DNA of 62,152 nucleotides, the filler included. It is 4 parts of 4 records of this genome, joined end to end, with 100 filler letters (N's around TTAATTAATTAA, not from the genome) between each part and the next. Parts side by side here need not be neighbours in the genome. Positions count along the whole stretch, not along the records: positions 27,339 to 40,031 come from SRR31156797_19623; positions 40,132 to 48,175 come from SRR31156797_19638; 2 more parts are not named here. One strand, written 5' to 3'. Below are positions 36,455-46,000 of the stretch, piece after piece. The translations under genes were made by a program, and so were the position numbers. The notes beneath the pieces were generated by a model. The model made no database searches. It was given only the letters and a program-made list of their open reading frames with translations, and had not been told where the DNA came from. Position 1 is the first letter of the stretch. Every line of letters begins with the position of its first letter.

Positions 36455-36976
36455 ACAGGGCAACCGGACATAATGGTCCGTTCCGAGTAGCCGTAAGAGG
36501 GCTGACATATTTGTGATGCACTGGTAATTAGCTTCAAATTCTAATGCATCACCGTTCGACAAACCTCTTATGGCTTTACCGAACGGACTAACCTGCCTGT
36601 GTTACAAGAAGAAAATTGCACAAGCACTAAACGACGAAGCATTATAAATTCTCACCGGCAGGCCCGGTGGTTTAACTGATGAATTAATAATCAACCTAAT
36701 ATCGCAATAAGTGCACTGAGCCATGTTGTGCTGATTGCATGGGAATGTAATAGCGTTTTTTGGGTCGTCAATCAGATACTTCTGGATTCTAGGGGCACAA
36801 CATATTGGGCCTTTGATCAGTTGGTTCCTTGCATGCGGCTCACCGGACGAAAACGCCCGGTCATTTAATTGAAAGACACAAAAACGGCAAATGTCATCGT
36901 GAGGAGTCTTCGGCGAAGCGATCTCGTATAATTACCAGAAATAGCTCAAATTTATCCTCCGACCGTTTTTAGTGTC
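36455..36976. other. Non-coding region with several long imperfect hairpins (candidate structured RNA or MITE cluster)
   Basis: Nested stems 36476-83/36581-88, 36489-500/36564-75, 36513-20/36545-52; also 36723-31/36795-803 and 36875-87/36963-76. Confidence 0.45.
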
Positions 36977-37515
36977 CTTAGGAGAAATCGTTTTTTTTGC
37001 CTTGTCGCCTCTCTTAGAAACCAGGAAACGGTTTTATATAATTTGGAAAAAAATACATTCCGATGCCAAATACTAATTTTCGACTACCATATGTAATGGA
37101 TACTACTCATGATTTTAGCTCTATAATTACAATTGCAAACAGATGAGGATTTGGGCTTGACTTAATGAGATTCGTTGGATCATTATATTTATAAAGGTGA
37201 AAAAAGCTCAGTTTTCTATTTAACTTGCGCGCCATATCTCCCAGTTGCATGAAGCCGACAGCCCTGAGGCGCAACTCTAAATCTTATTAGAAAAACAGCA
37301 AGCGCCGCTGAGTAGTAAAAAATAGGAGCCATTGATTTATTGCATCATTACAAGTTGGCTTTTGTTTGATTATTATACAGGGACTATCCCTTGAAACAGG
37401 GTCATTAAGATTATTGAAGGCTATTCGGAAGAGGAACTTATTAGCAGGAGTATTTGCTATCTTCTAGTATATTTCGCATTACTTTCTTATCATTTTTAGA
37501 TGAGGGGGTGCAGCC

Positions 37516-39021
37516 ATGCGAAGGAGAATGAAAAATATTCTGATTCTGTTTGATGCTGCGATAGAGGCTGAAAAGAAGTATGAATTTCAAAATGCAAAGC
37601 AATATTACAAGAAAATTGCAGCGCTTTATCCGGAAAGCCCTGAAGCGGAAATAGCCAGGGACCGAATCGAGGATATGGATGCTCTTAGCAACGAGAAGCG
37701 CATATACCGCCGCATTGATCGAAACGCCAAGAGGGTATTGACCGAGATCGGGGTAGACATCAGCGGCAGCCCTGTCCTATTTGATCTTCTAATGAAAGCC
37801 GATGCCATAGACCTAGATAGCGATAGCGCCCTGTTCATACCTTTGAAAGACGATTATCTCGAATATTGCCTTGACCAGGCTCCTACTGATCTCGCTGCGG
37901 ATCCAGGTGAAAATGCCTTTGGAACCGGCGCCACACCTCCATTCCTGCTCCGTGCCGGACGTGATGATCTCGCGCCTGCCAACCGCACCGAATTTGAGGC
38001 GATTGTAGAAAAAGCTTGCGAATATACGGACAGTCTGGGCATATTCAGTGTTCCGGTCGCTACTGACAAATCAATATCCGATTTTGAATGCGCCAAACTG
38101 ATGGATCGGTTTTCTGATCTTAAAATGACTCATACGCATCATATGTCGGATGATGAAGCCTCGTTTTTCAGCGGACGGGACGATTGGCTGGATGGAACAA
38201 GCCTGATCACTTCATTGACTTTCATGCCTTCCATGGTTGAGCCTTTTATAAGAAGCGCCCGGTTGGGCAACAACCTATTACTACTGGATTTGACTATTGC
38301 AGGCTCAACCGGTCCCATAAGCCCTGAAGCGCTGCTAACCCAGATACATGCCCATGTACTGTTCATGATGGTGTTAGCCCAGACAATCAATCCGGGCCTG
38401 GTCTGCGTGCACGGCGGCATCCCGGACATTCTCGGAATCAACGGGGATCTCGGCTACAGCGACCCCGGACAACCGATTATCAATTCAGCCATGGCTCGTC
38501 TGAACATGTGGGTCACAGGTTTTCCTTCCGCCCAATCCGGGGGCAGTACGAGTATTCTGGATGACGTTCCAGCCGCAGTGGAGGAGTCTGCACTCAGCCG
38601 AAACACCCTACGGTCATACGGCGTACACATTTTACGCCATGCCATGGGCGCTTTAGGCAGCCTCAATTACTTCAGCCTGGAAAAATTCATCGAGGACTGC
38701 AAAAGAGAGAGGGCGTCGCGCAAGGTATGGCTCAAAACCCGCCATGATTTTCTGGTTCCGCTTTATTTACCCGAAGACAAATGCGTAGTTTCAGGCATCC
38801 GTGAAATTGCGGAAAAAGGCGGCCCCAAAAATGCAGACCACACGCTCAACAATTTGGACTCATTTACCAAATGGCGAGAGAAACTGGCTGAGGCAGTGGA
38901 TAAAAAAGAGTACTTTCCCGAGTTGCCGGACACAGTCCGCATCGATAGAGACCAATTGAAAAGGACAGCTCCCTCTGACACGGCCGCACAATTACAGGAC
39001 TCTTTTTTTATAAATGAATAA
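37516..39021 (+). CDS. Trimethylamine methyltransferase (MttB) superfamily protein, non-pyrrolysine, with a TPR-like N-terminus
   Basis: IDRNAKRVLTEIGV, IAGSTGPIS....L.Q..A..L...VLAQ..NPG.....G, P.AQSGG.T...D...A..ES, HAMGAL, DHTL; no in-frame TAG; GAGGGGG RBS. Confidence 0.7.
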   Translation: MRRRMKNILILFDAAIEAEKKYEFQNAKQYYKKIAALYPESPEAEIARDRIEDMDALSNEKRIYRRIDRNAKRVLTEIGVDISGSPVLFDLLMKADAIDLDSDSALFIPLKDDYLEYCLDQAPTDLAADPGENAFGTGATPPFLLRAGRDDLAPANRTEFEAIVEKACEYTDSLGIFSVPVATDKSISDFECAKLMDRFSDLKMTHTHHMSDDEASFFSGRDDWLDGTSLITSLTFMPSMVEPFIRSARLGNNLLLLDLTIAGSTGPISPEALLTQIHAHVLFMMVLAQTINPGLVCVHGGIPDILGINGDLGYSDPGQPIINSAMARLNMWVTGFPSAQSGGSTSILDDVPAAVEESALSRNTLRSYGVHILRHAMGALGSLNYFSLEKFIEDCKRERASRKVWLKTRHDFLVPLYLPEDKCVVSGIREIAEKGGPKNADHTLNNLDSFTKWREKLAEAVDKKEYFPELPDTVRIDRDQLKRTAPSDTAAQLQDSFFINE

Positions 39022-39077
39022 TCCAGTTTGCTACCCAAAAAGGTTAAATCGCAATCCATAGGCTATTTACAACAATA

Positions 39078-39109
39078 GGCGTCAACGACTAATTACGGTC
39101 TTTGACGCC
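39078..39109. terminator. Stem-loop between convergent genes
   Basis: GGCGTCAA/TTGACGCC. Confidence 0.4.
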
Positions 39110-39216
39110 GTCACTCTAAGCAAGCGTTTACAGGGGTAAATGCATAGAATTATTTCACCCGGCCAATATACAATTCTGACTTCCGGCTTCTTCCATTAAA
39201 ATAGTTTCAGGCCGCT

Positions 39217-40031
39217 TCAGGTTTCCAACCCCAACGATTCCGCCGTCAATTCAGCCACATCTTTATCAAACATTTTGTAATCGACCGATGCCAAGCCGTC
39301 TTCCAGCATGATCATGCAAAACGGGCAAGCTGTCGCCACTACAGCAGGCTGATCGCCGTCCTCGGGCTTTAAAGTTTCATGTATCTGAGACACCCTGTTG
39401 TCATTCACCCTTCGCCCCTGTTCCTCTTCTATCCAGGTCAAGCCGCCGCCGGCCCCGCAACACATACCAAAATTTCGGCTAAGATTCATTTCCATCAGCC
39501 GTATTCCCGGTAGGGCTTTCAGCACTTCCCGAGGGGCGTTGAAGATACGATTGTGACGGCCCAAGTAACAGGAATCGTGGTATGCGACGGTGACATTAAT
39601 GTTGTAAAGTGGACGGATTCTACCGGTTTGCAACAGATCACGTATCAACTCGACATGATGAACCACTTCCCAGTTACCGCCAAAATCCGGGTATTCGTTT
39701 TTGAATGTGTTAAAGCAGTGGGGGCAGATTGTGAGAATCTTGGCAAAATCATACCTGCTCAACGTCTCCACGTTCATTTCCGCCTGCAACTGGAACAGGT
39801 ATTCATGTCCCATCCGCCGCACAGGATCGCCGGAACATCTTTCCTCTTCGCCCAATACCGCGTAAGAGACGCCGGCGACTTCCATAATTTGGACCATACT
39901 CCGAACAATCTTTTGATTTCGCGGATCGAATGCACCTGCACATCCAACCCAGAACAGGTAATCAACCCGCTTGCCCGCTGCAGCCATGTCGGCCATAATC
40001 GGGACATTAAGGCCCTTGGCCCAGTCCATGC
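39217..40031 (-). CDS. CCG-domain Fe-S oxidoreductase (FadF/HdrD-like), 5' end truncated by the contig end
   Basis: FWVGC, E.CSG, CPHC, YHDSCYLGR, CCGAGGG, ACPFC. Confidence 0.85.
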
Positions 40032-40131
40032 NNNNNNNNNNNNNNNNNNNNNNNNNNNNNNNNNNNNNNNNNNNNTTAATTAATTAANNNNNNNNNNNNN
40101 NNNNNNNNNNNNNNNNNNNNNNNNNNNNNNN
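40032..40131. other. Artificial contig spacer
   Basis: 44 N + TTAATTAATTAA + 44 N. Confidence 0.98.
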
Positions 40132-40909
40132 CCTCCGGCTTTTTGTAAGGCGCCGAATCACCCACAAAATGTCCGTAATGCCGCCAGGTCAGGCATTCAA
40201 TCAGCGTTGGTCCGCCGTCTGTCCGGGCGCGTTTTACAGCTTCCCGCGCCGCGTCCCGCACGGCAATCGGATCATTACCTTCTACCGTGACGCCCGGCAT
40301 ATCATACGCCGCCGCCCGCTGGGAAATCGTCTTGTTTTTAGAGTGGTAGGAAAAGGGGGTGGACATGCCGAACTGGTTATTCTCGCAGACAAATACAGCG
40401 GGCAGATTCAGCGCCGCCGCCATGTTCAGGCTTTCATGGAAGGTCCCGCGGTTGGACGCGCCGTCCCCGAAAAACGAGACGGCCACGCCGTCTGTGCCGC
40501 GGTATTTATGGGCAAAGGCCGCGCCCGCCGCAATCGGGATGCCGGCGCCCACAATGCCGTTTGCGCCGATAATGCCCTTGGAGATATCCGCGATGTGCAT
40601 CGATCCGCCCTTGCCTTTGGAATAACCCGTTGCTTTGCCGTACAGCTCGGCCATCATGCGGTTAATATCCGCGCCCTTGGCCAGACAGTGGCCGTGGCCC
40701 CGGTGGGTGCTGGTGATGTAATCATCATCCCGCAAGCAGGCGCAAACGCCTGACGCCACCGCTTCTTCACCGCTGTACAGGTGTAAAAAGCCTATAAGCT
40801 TACCGTCCAGAAACAGCTGGGCGGACGTTTCCTCAAACGTACGGATACGAATCATCATGCGCAAAAGCGCCAGCAGCTCTTCCCGATCTTCATTTTTAAG
40901 CGATTTCAT
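40132..40909 (-). CDS. TPP-dependent dehydrogenase E1 alpha subunit (AcoA/PdhA-like), 3' end truncated
   Basis: GFLHLYSGEEA, STHRGHGH, GKGGSMH, TPP motif GDGASN..ENN; ATG 40909 after GGAGG. Confidence 0.9.
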
Positions 40910-40936
40910 AACAAATCCTCCTCGTTCCAAGTCCGT

Positions 40937-42310
40937 TTAAACGCCGTGGATCGGCTTCCCGAACACCGACATGGCGGCCTCGCCAACCGCCTCGCTGACC
41001 GTGGGATGCGCGTGTATGGTGTTGACAATGTCCTCCACCGTACCCTCAAGGCGCATACACAAAGCCGCCTCGGCAATCATTTCCGTAACGCGGGAGCCAA
41101 TCATATGAACGCCCAGCACCTCGCCCAGTTTTTTATCGGCAATAATTTTTATCAATCCGCCGCCGGCATCGTCAATAAGCGATTTTCCGTTGGCGCTCAG
41201 GCTGAAACGTCCCACGGTATACGCCATTCCGGCATCCTGCGCCTGCTTCTCCGTCAGTCCCACTGTTGCAATTTCAGGAGCGGAATAGACGCAGCTTGGG
41301 ACGATTTTCGGGCTGTACTGGGGCGTGATGCCCATAATATGCTCCGCCGTCGAGACGCCTTGGGCCATGGCGGCATGCGCCAGCATGATCCGAGCGTTAC
41401 AGTCACCGACGGCATACACGCCGGGCACACTCGTGCGGAAATACTCATCCACTTCCACCGCACCACGATTGAGCCGGACACCCGCCTCCTCCAGCCCCAG
41501 GCCGGATGTGCGGGGCCTGCGCCCCACGGCGATCAAAACGTTCTCGGCTGTAATTTTTTCTGTTATATCAGCTTGTTCTATCCCAACGGTCAGAACGCTC
41601 TTGGTTTTCGTTATTTCCGCCAGCCGTGCGCCGGTGAAGACCTGTACGCCGTTCTCCTCCAGCGATGCGTGCAGGAACGCGGCAATTTCCGAATCTACAG
41701 GCGGCAGGATTTCAGGCAGCATCTCCACAACGGTTACCTGTGTTCCCAGCGCGCTGAAAAGCGTGGCGAATTCCATGCCGATGACGCCGCCGCCAACAAC
41801 GACCAGAGACTCGGGAACCGTTTCAAGAGAAAGCGCCCCCGTACTGTCGATAACGCCGGGCAAATCGGAGCCCGGAAATGTGAGGCTAACGTTCTCCGAG
41901 CCGGTTGCGACAATAACAGCGTCTGCTTCGAGTATTTCAGCGCCGATTCTGACACGTCGTCCTGAAAGCAGCGATGCCGGTTCGTTATAAACCGTCACGG
42001 AATTATGCCGCAGCAGGGCGCTGACGCCACCGGTAAGCTGACCGACTATTTTTTCCTTGTGACGGAGGGCCGCCGGCCAGTCCAGTGACGCGCCGGAAAT
42101 TTTAACGCCGGCAACAGCGTTGGCTGCCGCCTTACGGAAAAACTCCCCCACATGGAGCAAAGCCTTTGTGGGGATGCATCCGACATTAAGGCAGGTCCCT
42201 CCCACCTGGGCAGCCTCAGCTAAGGTCACCTTTGCGCCCAGCTGCGCGGCTTTGATCGCCGCCGCGTAACCGCCCGGTCCGCCCCCAATGACAACGACTT
42301 TCTTTTCCAT
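40937..42310 (-). CDS. lpdA: Dihydrolipoamide dehydrogenase
   Basis: GGGPGGY, GGTCLNVGCIP, GGGVIG, HAHPTVSE; ATG 42310. Confidence 0.92.
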   Translation of the reverse strand: MEKKVVVIGGGPGGYAAAIKAAQLGAKVTLAEAAQVGGTCLNVGCIPTKALLHVGEFFRKAAANAVAGVKISGASLDWPAALRHKEKIVGQLTGGVSALLRHNSVTVYNEPASLLSGRRVRIGAEILEADAVIVATGSENVSLTFPGSDLPGVIDSTGALSLETVPESLVVVGGGVIGMEFATLFSALGTQVTVVEMLPEILPPVDSEIAAFLHASLEENGVQVFTGARLAEITKTKSVLTVGIEQADITEKITAENVLIAVGRRPRTSGLGLEEAGVRLNRGAVEVDEYFRTSVPGVYAVGDCNARIMLAHAAMAQGVSTAEHIMGITPQYSPKIVPSCVYSAPEIATVGLTEKQAQDAGMAYTVGRFSLSANGKSLIDDAGGGLIKIIADKKLGEVLGVHMIGSRVTEMIAEAALCMRLEGTVEDIVNTIHAHPTVSEAVGEAAMSVFGKPIHGV

Positions 42311-42384
42311 TACTCTTTTTCCCCTTTCCGCAATGCAAAGCGGATGCCTGATGCCTTTTCTTGTCTCACAACGAACGCTCGTAT

Positions 42385-43419
42385 CTATGCCGGCTGCGTA
42401 CACTTGATCAGTAGTTTGGGGTATCGGGCTTTCTGAAAATCGTCAAAAGCCTTTTGTGCGTCCTTCATTTCATAAACAGGTCCGATAAGCTTGTCCATAT
42501 CCAAACAACTGAGCAGATCCACGCTCTTTGGAAAAAGATAAGGGTCTGTAAACACAAACTGAATCCGCGCTTCCTTGCCAAACATTTCGAAGAGATTGAG
42601 CGGCAGCTCATATTCCATCGGGTAGACGCCGAAATAGACGATACAGCTGCATTTTCCGATTATCTTCGGGCAAATTGGCGCGGCTTTCGGCGACCCGGAC
42701 ATTTCAAAGACAAAATCAAAACCCAGGCCATCCGTAATTTTATCACACTCGGCTATGACATCCTGACTGAACGGGTCGATCACATGCTGCGCGCCCAGTT
42801 CCAACGCCAGCTGCCGCTTTTCCGGAACGGGATCGATGACCGTCAGGCGCGTGCCGCCCCGGTACTTGATCAGATTGAGCATAATCAGCCCAATAGCACC
42901 CACGCCGGATACGCAGACGGTACTGCCCATTGGCATATCAGCCAGCGCGATACCGCGTCCGGCCGTGGAAACAGGCTCAACAAGAGCAGCATATTCAAAC
43001 GGTATATCATCCGGCAGCCGGAACAGCTGCTCCGAGGGATACGTGCGGTATTCCACCATAGCGTCCATCGGCTTCTTCTCCGGCTCAAAGCCCGCCTCCT
43101 CACAATACATGATGAGACCCTTTTTACAGTGCCGGCATTTGCCGCAGTATAAAGCGGGACAGGCCGCCACCCGGTCGCCGGCTTTAAAATAACCCTTGGC
43201 CACTACGTTTGCGCCCACCTCGACAACCGTACCCGTAGCTTCATGACCCATGACCATCGGGGGTTTAATGCCGAACAAGCCGTGTGTAACCACGTGCACG
43301 TCCGTTGCGCAAAGCGCGCAATATTCTATCTTGACGAGAACCTCATCCGCCCCCGTGACGGGCATCGGCAGTTCCCGTACTTCCACTTTTCCCGGTTCTA
43401 CAAAGACGACGCCCTTCAT
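42385..43419 (-). CDS. Zn-dependent alcohol/polyol dehydrogenase (MDR)
   Basis: C..D, GHE, structural Zn CGKCRHC..G....C, VEP, GVGAIG. Confidence 0.9.
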   Translation of the reverse strand: MKGVVFVEPGKVEVRELPMPVTGADEVLVKIEYCALCATDVHVVTHGLFGIKPPMVMGHEATGTVVEVGANVVAKGYFKAGDRVAACPALYCGKCRHCKKGLIMYCEEAGFEPEKKPMDAMVEYRTYPSEQLFRLPDDIPFEYAALVEPVSTAGRGIALADMPMGSTVCVSGVGAIGLIMLNLIKYRGGTRLTVIDPVPEKRQLALELGAQHVIDPFSQDVIAECDKITDGLGFDFVFEMSGSPKAAPICPKIIGKCSCIVYFGVYPMEYELPLNLFEMFGKEARIQFVFTDPYLFPKSVDLLSCLDMDKLIGPVYEMKDAQKAFDDFQKARYPKLLIKCTQPA

Positions 43420-43448
43420 ATTATAGCTTCCTTTCCAGGTTTATGAAA

Positions 43449-43482
43449 GAGCAGGATTGCAACAGGCGCTGCAATCCTGCTC
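43449..43482. repeat. Perfect 13-bp inverted repeat downstream of the binding-protein gene
   Basis: GAGCAGGATTGCA-8nt-TGCAATCCTGCTC. Confidence 0.7.
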
Positions 43483-43516
43483 CTTACGATTTGATAACGT
43501 CCGCGCGGGCTGGGAA

Positions 43517-44908
43517 TTATCCGCTATAAGCCGCGTTGTATTCGTCGATTGTCATGACATCCCACGGAAGCATCGGCGCGAACAGCGCGTCGGGATCATA
43601 GTACTCCGCGATATTGTCAACGGTAATGGCATACGTCGGCGTATAGGAGGTTGCGGGCAGGTTATTCGCGTCAAAGCCTTCGTCAATAATCTTATGTATC
43701 AGCTCGACAACGCCTTCGCCCGTATAATAGGGAACGTTGACACCGGTGCAGAGGATTGTGCCGTTATTAATCTCTTCAAGCGTCCAGTCTTCCCCGTCCG
43801 CGCCGCAGGCCACATAGATATCCTTGCCCGCCGTCAGGCCATGCAGTGTAATTTCCTGCATAACGCCTGGCTGAAGCGTTGCGGTTTCGATGAAGAAAAG
43901 ATCCATATCCGGGTGCGCCGTGAGAAGGTCGGCGGCAAAGGGCTGACCGGCTGTGGTTTCGACGGATCCAGCCGCGCCGTAACCGACGAAATCAATGATA
44001 TTTTCAAAGCTGGCCGAGCCGCCGTCACGCGCGGAAACCCAGAGGTCATAGCCGTCAAGAACCGCATCCCACTTGGAGGGATAGGGGTTGCCGGAAAGCT
44101 CAGCAAATTTATGAAGATACCCGCTTACCAGTCCGCAGCAGCGGCTGTTGGAATCATAATCCCCGGCGCGGCTGATGAGGGCGCCGATTTTAATCGGATT
44201 GTCCTTAAATTCGTCATAAAGCTTCTCGGCTACATATTCACCGACGACATAACCGCACTCAAAGCTGGCGGAAACGACCGTAGTGATGATCGGATACTCG
44301 TCCTGACCGCCGGTGGGGCCAACCACGATAACCGGAATGCCCTTGTCAACAGCTTGCTGATAGTAGTTAACCGTAGCATCTATATCGACGGCATTGATCA
44401 CCAGAAAATCCACATCCTGCGTCAGGAAGTTTTCGATTTGTGTCATCTGTGCGTTCAGGTCAAAGTTAGCAACTTGATAGATAAATTCGTAACCATATTT
44501 GTCGGCGGCTGCCTGCGCGGAACTTACCATTTCCGTGAAGAATGTGGCTCCCTGCGTGGCGCTGCACCAGCCGATGGTAACGCCGTTGCCATCCTTTTCA
44601 AACGGCAGCGCTTTGTAGACGTCGGCGCGGCTGTCCAGATGGCTCGGCTGGATGCCGCCCAACGGCAGTCTGTCTTCCAGCGCCATAATTTGGTCCAGCG
44701 CCGCGGCGCCGTTATCATCGGGTGCTGCCGATTCCTCCGCGCCGGCCGAGGCGGTAGAATCAGGTTCTGCAGCAGCGTCGGTGGTGGCGGGAGCGGCGCT
44801 GTCGGACGGGGTTGCTTCGCTTGTGCCGCCACAGCCTGCCAGCAGAAAAACAATCAGTGATGCGGCCAGAACAAGTGCCCAGAGCTTTTGTTGCTTTTTC
44901 ATTTTCAT
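43517..44908 (-). CDS. Sugar ABC transporter substrate-binding lipoprotein (RbsB-like), unusually long
   Basis: Lipobox LLAGC, Ala/Ser/Thr/Pro linker, FF..M...AQ.AA...G, QIENFLTQDVD, GIPVIVV, GADG. Confidence 0.85.
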   Translation of the reverse strand: MKMKKQQKLWALVLAASLIVFLLAGCGGTSEATPSDSAAPATTDAAAEPDSTASAGAEESAAPDDNGAAALDQIMALEDRLPLGGIQPSHLDSRADVYKALPFEKDGNGVTIGWCSATQGATFFTEMVSSAQAAADKYGYEFIYQVANFDLNAQMTQIENFLTQDVDFLVINAVDIDATVNYYQQAVDKGIPVIVVGPTGGQDEYPIITTVVSASFECGYVVGEYVAEKLYDEFKDNPIKIGALISRAGDYDSNSRCCGLVSGYLHKFAELSGNPYPSKWDAVLDGYDLWVSARDGGSASFENIIDFVGYGAAGSVETTAGQPFAADLLTAHPDMDLFFIETATLQPGVMQEITLHGLTAGKDIYVACGADGEDWTLEEINNGTILCTGVNVPYYTGEGVVELIHKIIDEGFDANNLPATSYTPTYAITVDNIAEYYDPDALFAPMLPWDVMTIDEYNAAYSG

Positions 44909-44962
44909 TTCATCCTCCTATTTTTTAATATATTAAGAGGGACATCGCCCTCCTAATATTTC

Positions 44963-46000
44963 TTAAGCCTGCTTCTTACTGCTCAGACTTTTGAGCAGCA
45001 CCGCCAGGATGATGACGGCTGCCTTAACAACCATCTGAGGATAAGACGCAAGATTGATCAGGTTCATGATGTTCCCGATCACGGCGATGATAAACACGCC
45101 GACCACCGTCATCACAACGGTTCCTTCACCGCCCATCAGGCTCGCGCCGCCGATGACGACGCCGGCAATCGTACTCATATTGAAGTCAACACCTGCTGTT
45201 AAGGCCGAGGCGTTGCCCGATCTTGATGTGACAATTACACCGGCGATGCCACACAGGATACCGGAAAGCAAATAGACAAAAAATAAATATTTCCTTGTAT
45301 TGATACCCGCCAGCTGCACGGCCGACTGATTGGATCCGATGGCATAAACCATACGTCCGAACGTTGTGTACTTCATGATGAAGAAAAATATAATCACAAT
45401 AGCAAAAGCGAAAATGACGGTATAGGGAATCCCGAAAAGCTTGGTGGTGCCTGTGGAAAAGCCCACAAGGCCGGCATAACCCGCGCTCTTTGTATCCAGC
45501 ATCAGCGTATTGCCCTTTGTTATTATGAAAGCGATGCCCTCGCCGGCATACATCATGGCCAGTGTCACGATGAAAGCCGGCATCCGGAGCTTGGAAATCA
45601 GAAAACCGTTTATAACGCCGAACAGCCCGCCGGCGCCAACGCCAAATAAAACAGCTACCCACGTATCCCATCCGCCGTTTGAGAAGCCCCATTTAATCAT
45701 GGACAGCGCAACCACGATGCTGCTCACCGCTGAAATGGAGCTGACCGAAAGGTCAATGCCGCCGGTGATAATAACCATCAGCATACCCATGGCGATGATC
45801 AGATACGGCACCTGCTGCCGAAGGAGCGTGAAAATATTCGTCTGGGAGATAAAAAGCGGCGACAGGATGGACGCGACAATACAAAGCAGCACAAGGATAA
45901 TGATGGCGTTGTAGCGTATCAGAAAGGTGCTGACCGACATTTTCTGCCTACCGCCGCTTTTGACGGCTGCGATTTCTTTTTCCTTATTCTTCAGTTCCAT
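44963..46000 (-). CDS. Sugar ABC transporter permease (RbsC-like)
   Basis: IITGGIDLSV, MPAFIVTL, FGR..YAIGSN..A..LAGIN, VVIGGASL.GG.G; ATG 46000. Confidence 0.92.
   Translation of the reverse strand: MELKNKEKEIAAVKSGGRQKMSVSTFLIRYNAIIILVLLCIVASILSPLFISQTNIFTLLRQQVPYLIIAMGMLMVIITGGIDLSVSSISAVSSIVVALSMIKWGFSNGGWDTWVAVLFGVGAGGLFGVINGFLISKLRMPAFIVTLAMMYAGEGIAFIITKGNTLMLDTKSAGYAGLVGFSTGTTKLFGIPYTVIFAFAIVIIFFFIMKYTTFGRMVYAIGSNQSAVQLAGINTRKYLFFVYLLSGILCGIAGVIVTSRSGNASALTAGVDFNMSTIAGVVIGGASLMGGEGTVVMTVVGVFIIAVIGNIMNLINLASYPQMVVKAAVIILAVLLKSLSSKKQA

Noticed and set aside
36450..36520. c-di-GMP-I riboswitch suggested by CAGGGCAA
   Set aside because: Lacks the GGCAAAC..GAAA..GACGCAAA core; pairing is better explained by the long hairpin.
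36248..36562. N-terminal extension of the MerR ORF; similar extensions on the biotin carboxylase, MFS, gcvH and lpdA ORFs
   Set aside because: Downstream ATGs with good RBSs match the family N-termini; the extensions overlap promoters or neighbouring genes.
37516..39021. Pyrrolysine recoding in the MttB-like gene
   Set aside because: The ORF is uninterrupted, ends in TAA, and no pyl genes are present.
40937..42310. lpdA as the missing L protein of the gcv operon
   Set aside because: It is on a different contig and apparently from a different organism.
43457..44860. 467-aa + strand ORF, and similar ORFs at 40946-41965 and 42454-43152
   Set aside because: Antisense shadows of well-supported minus-strand genes.
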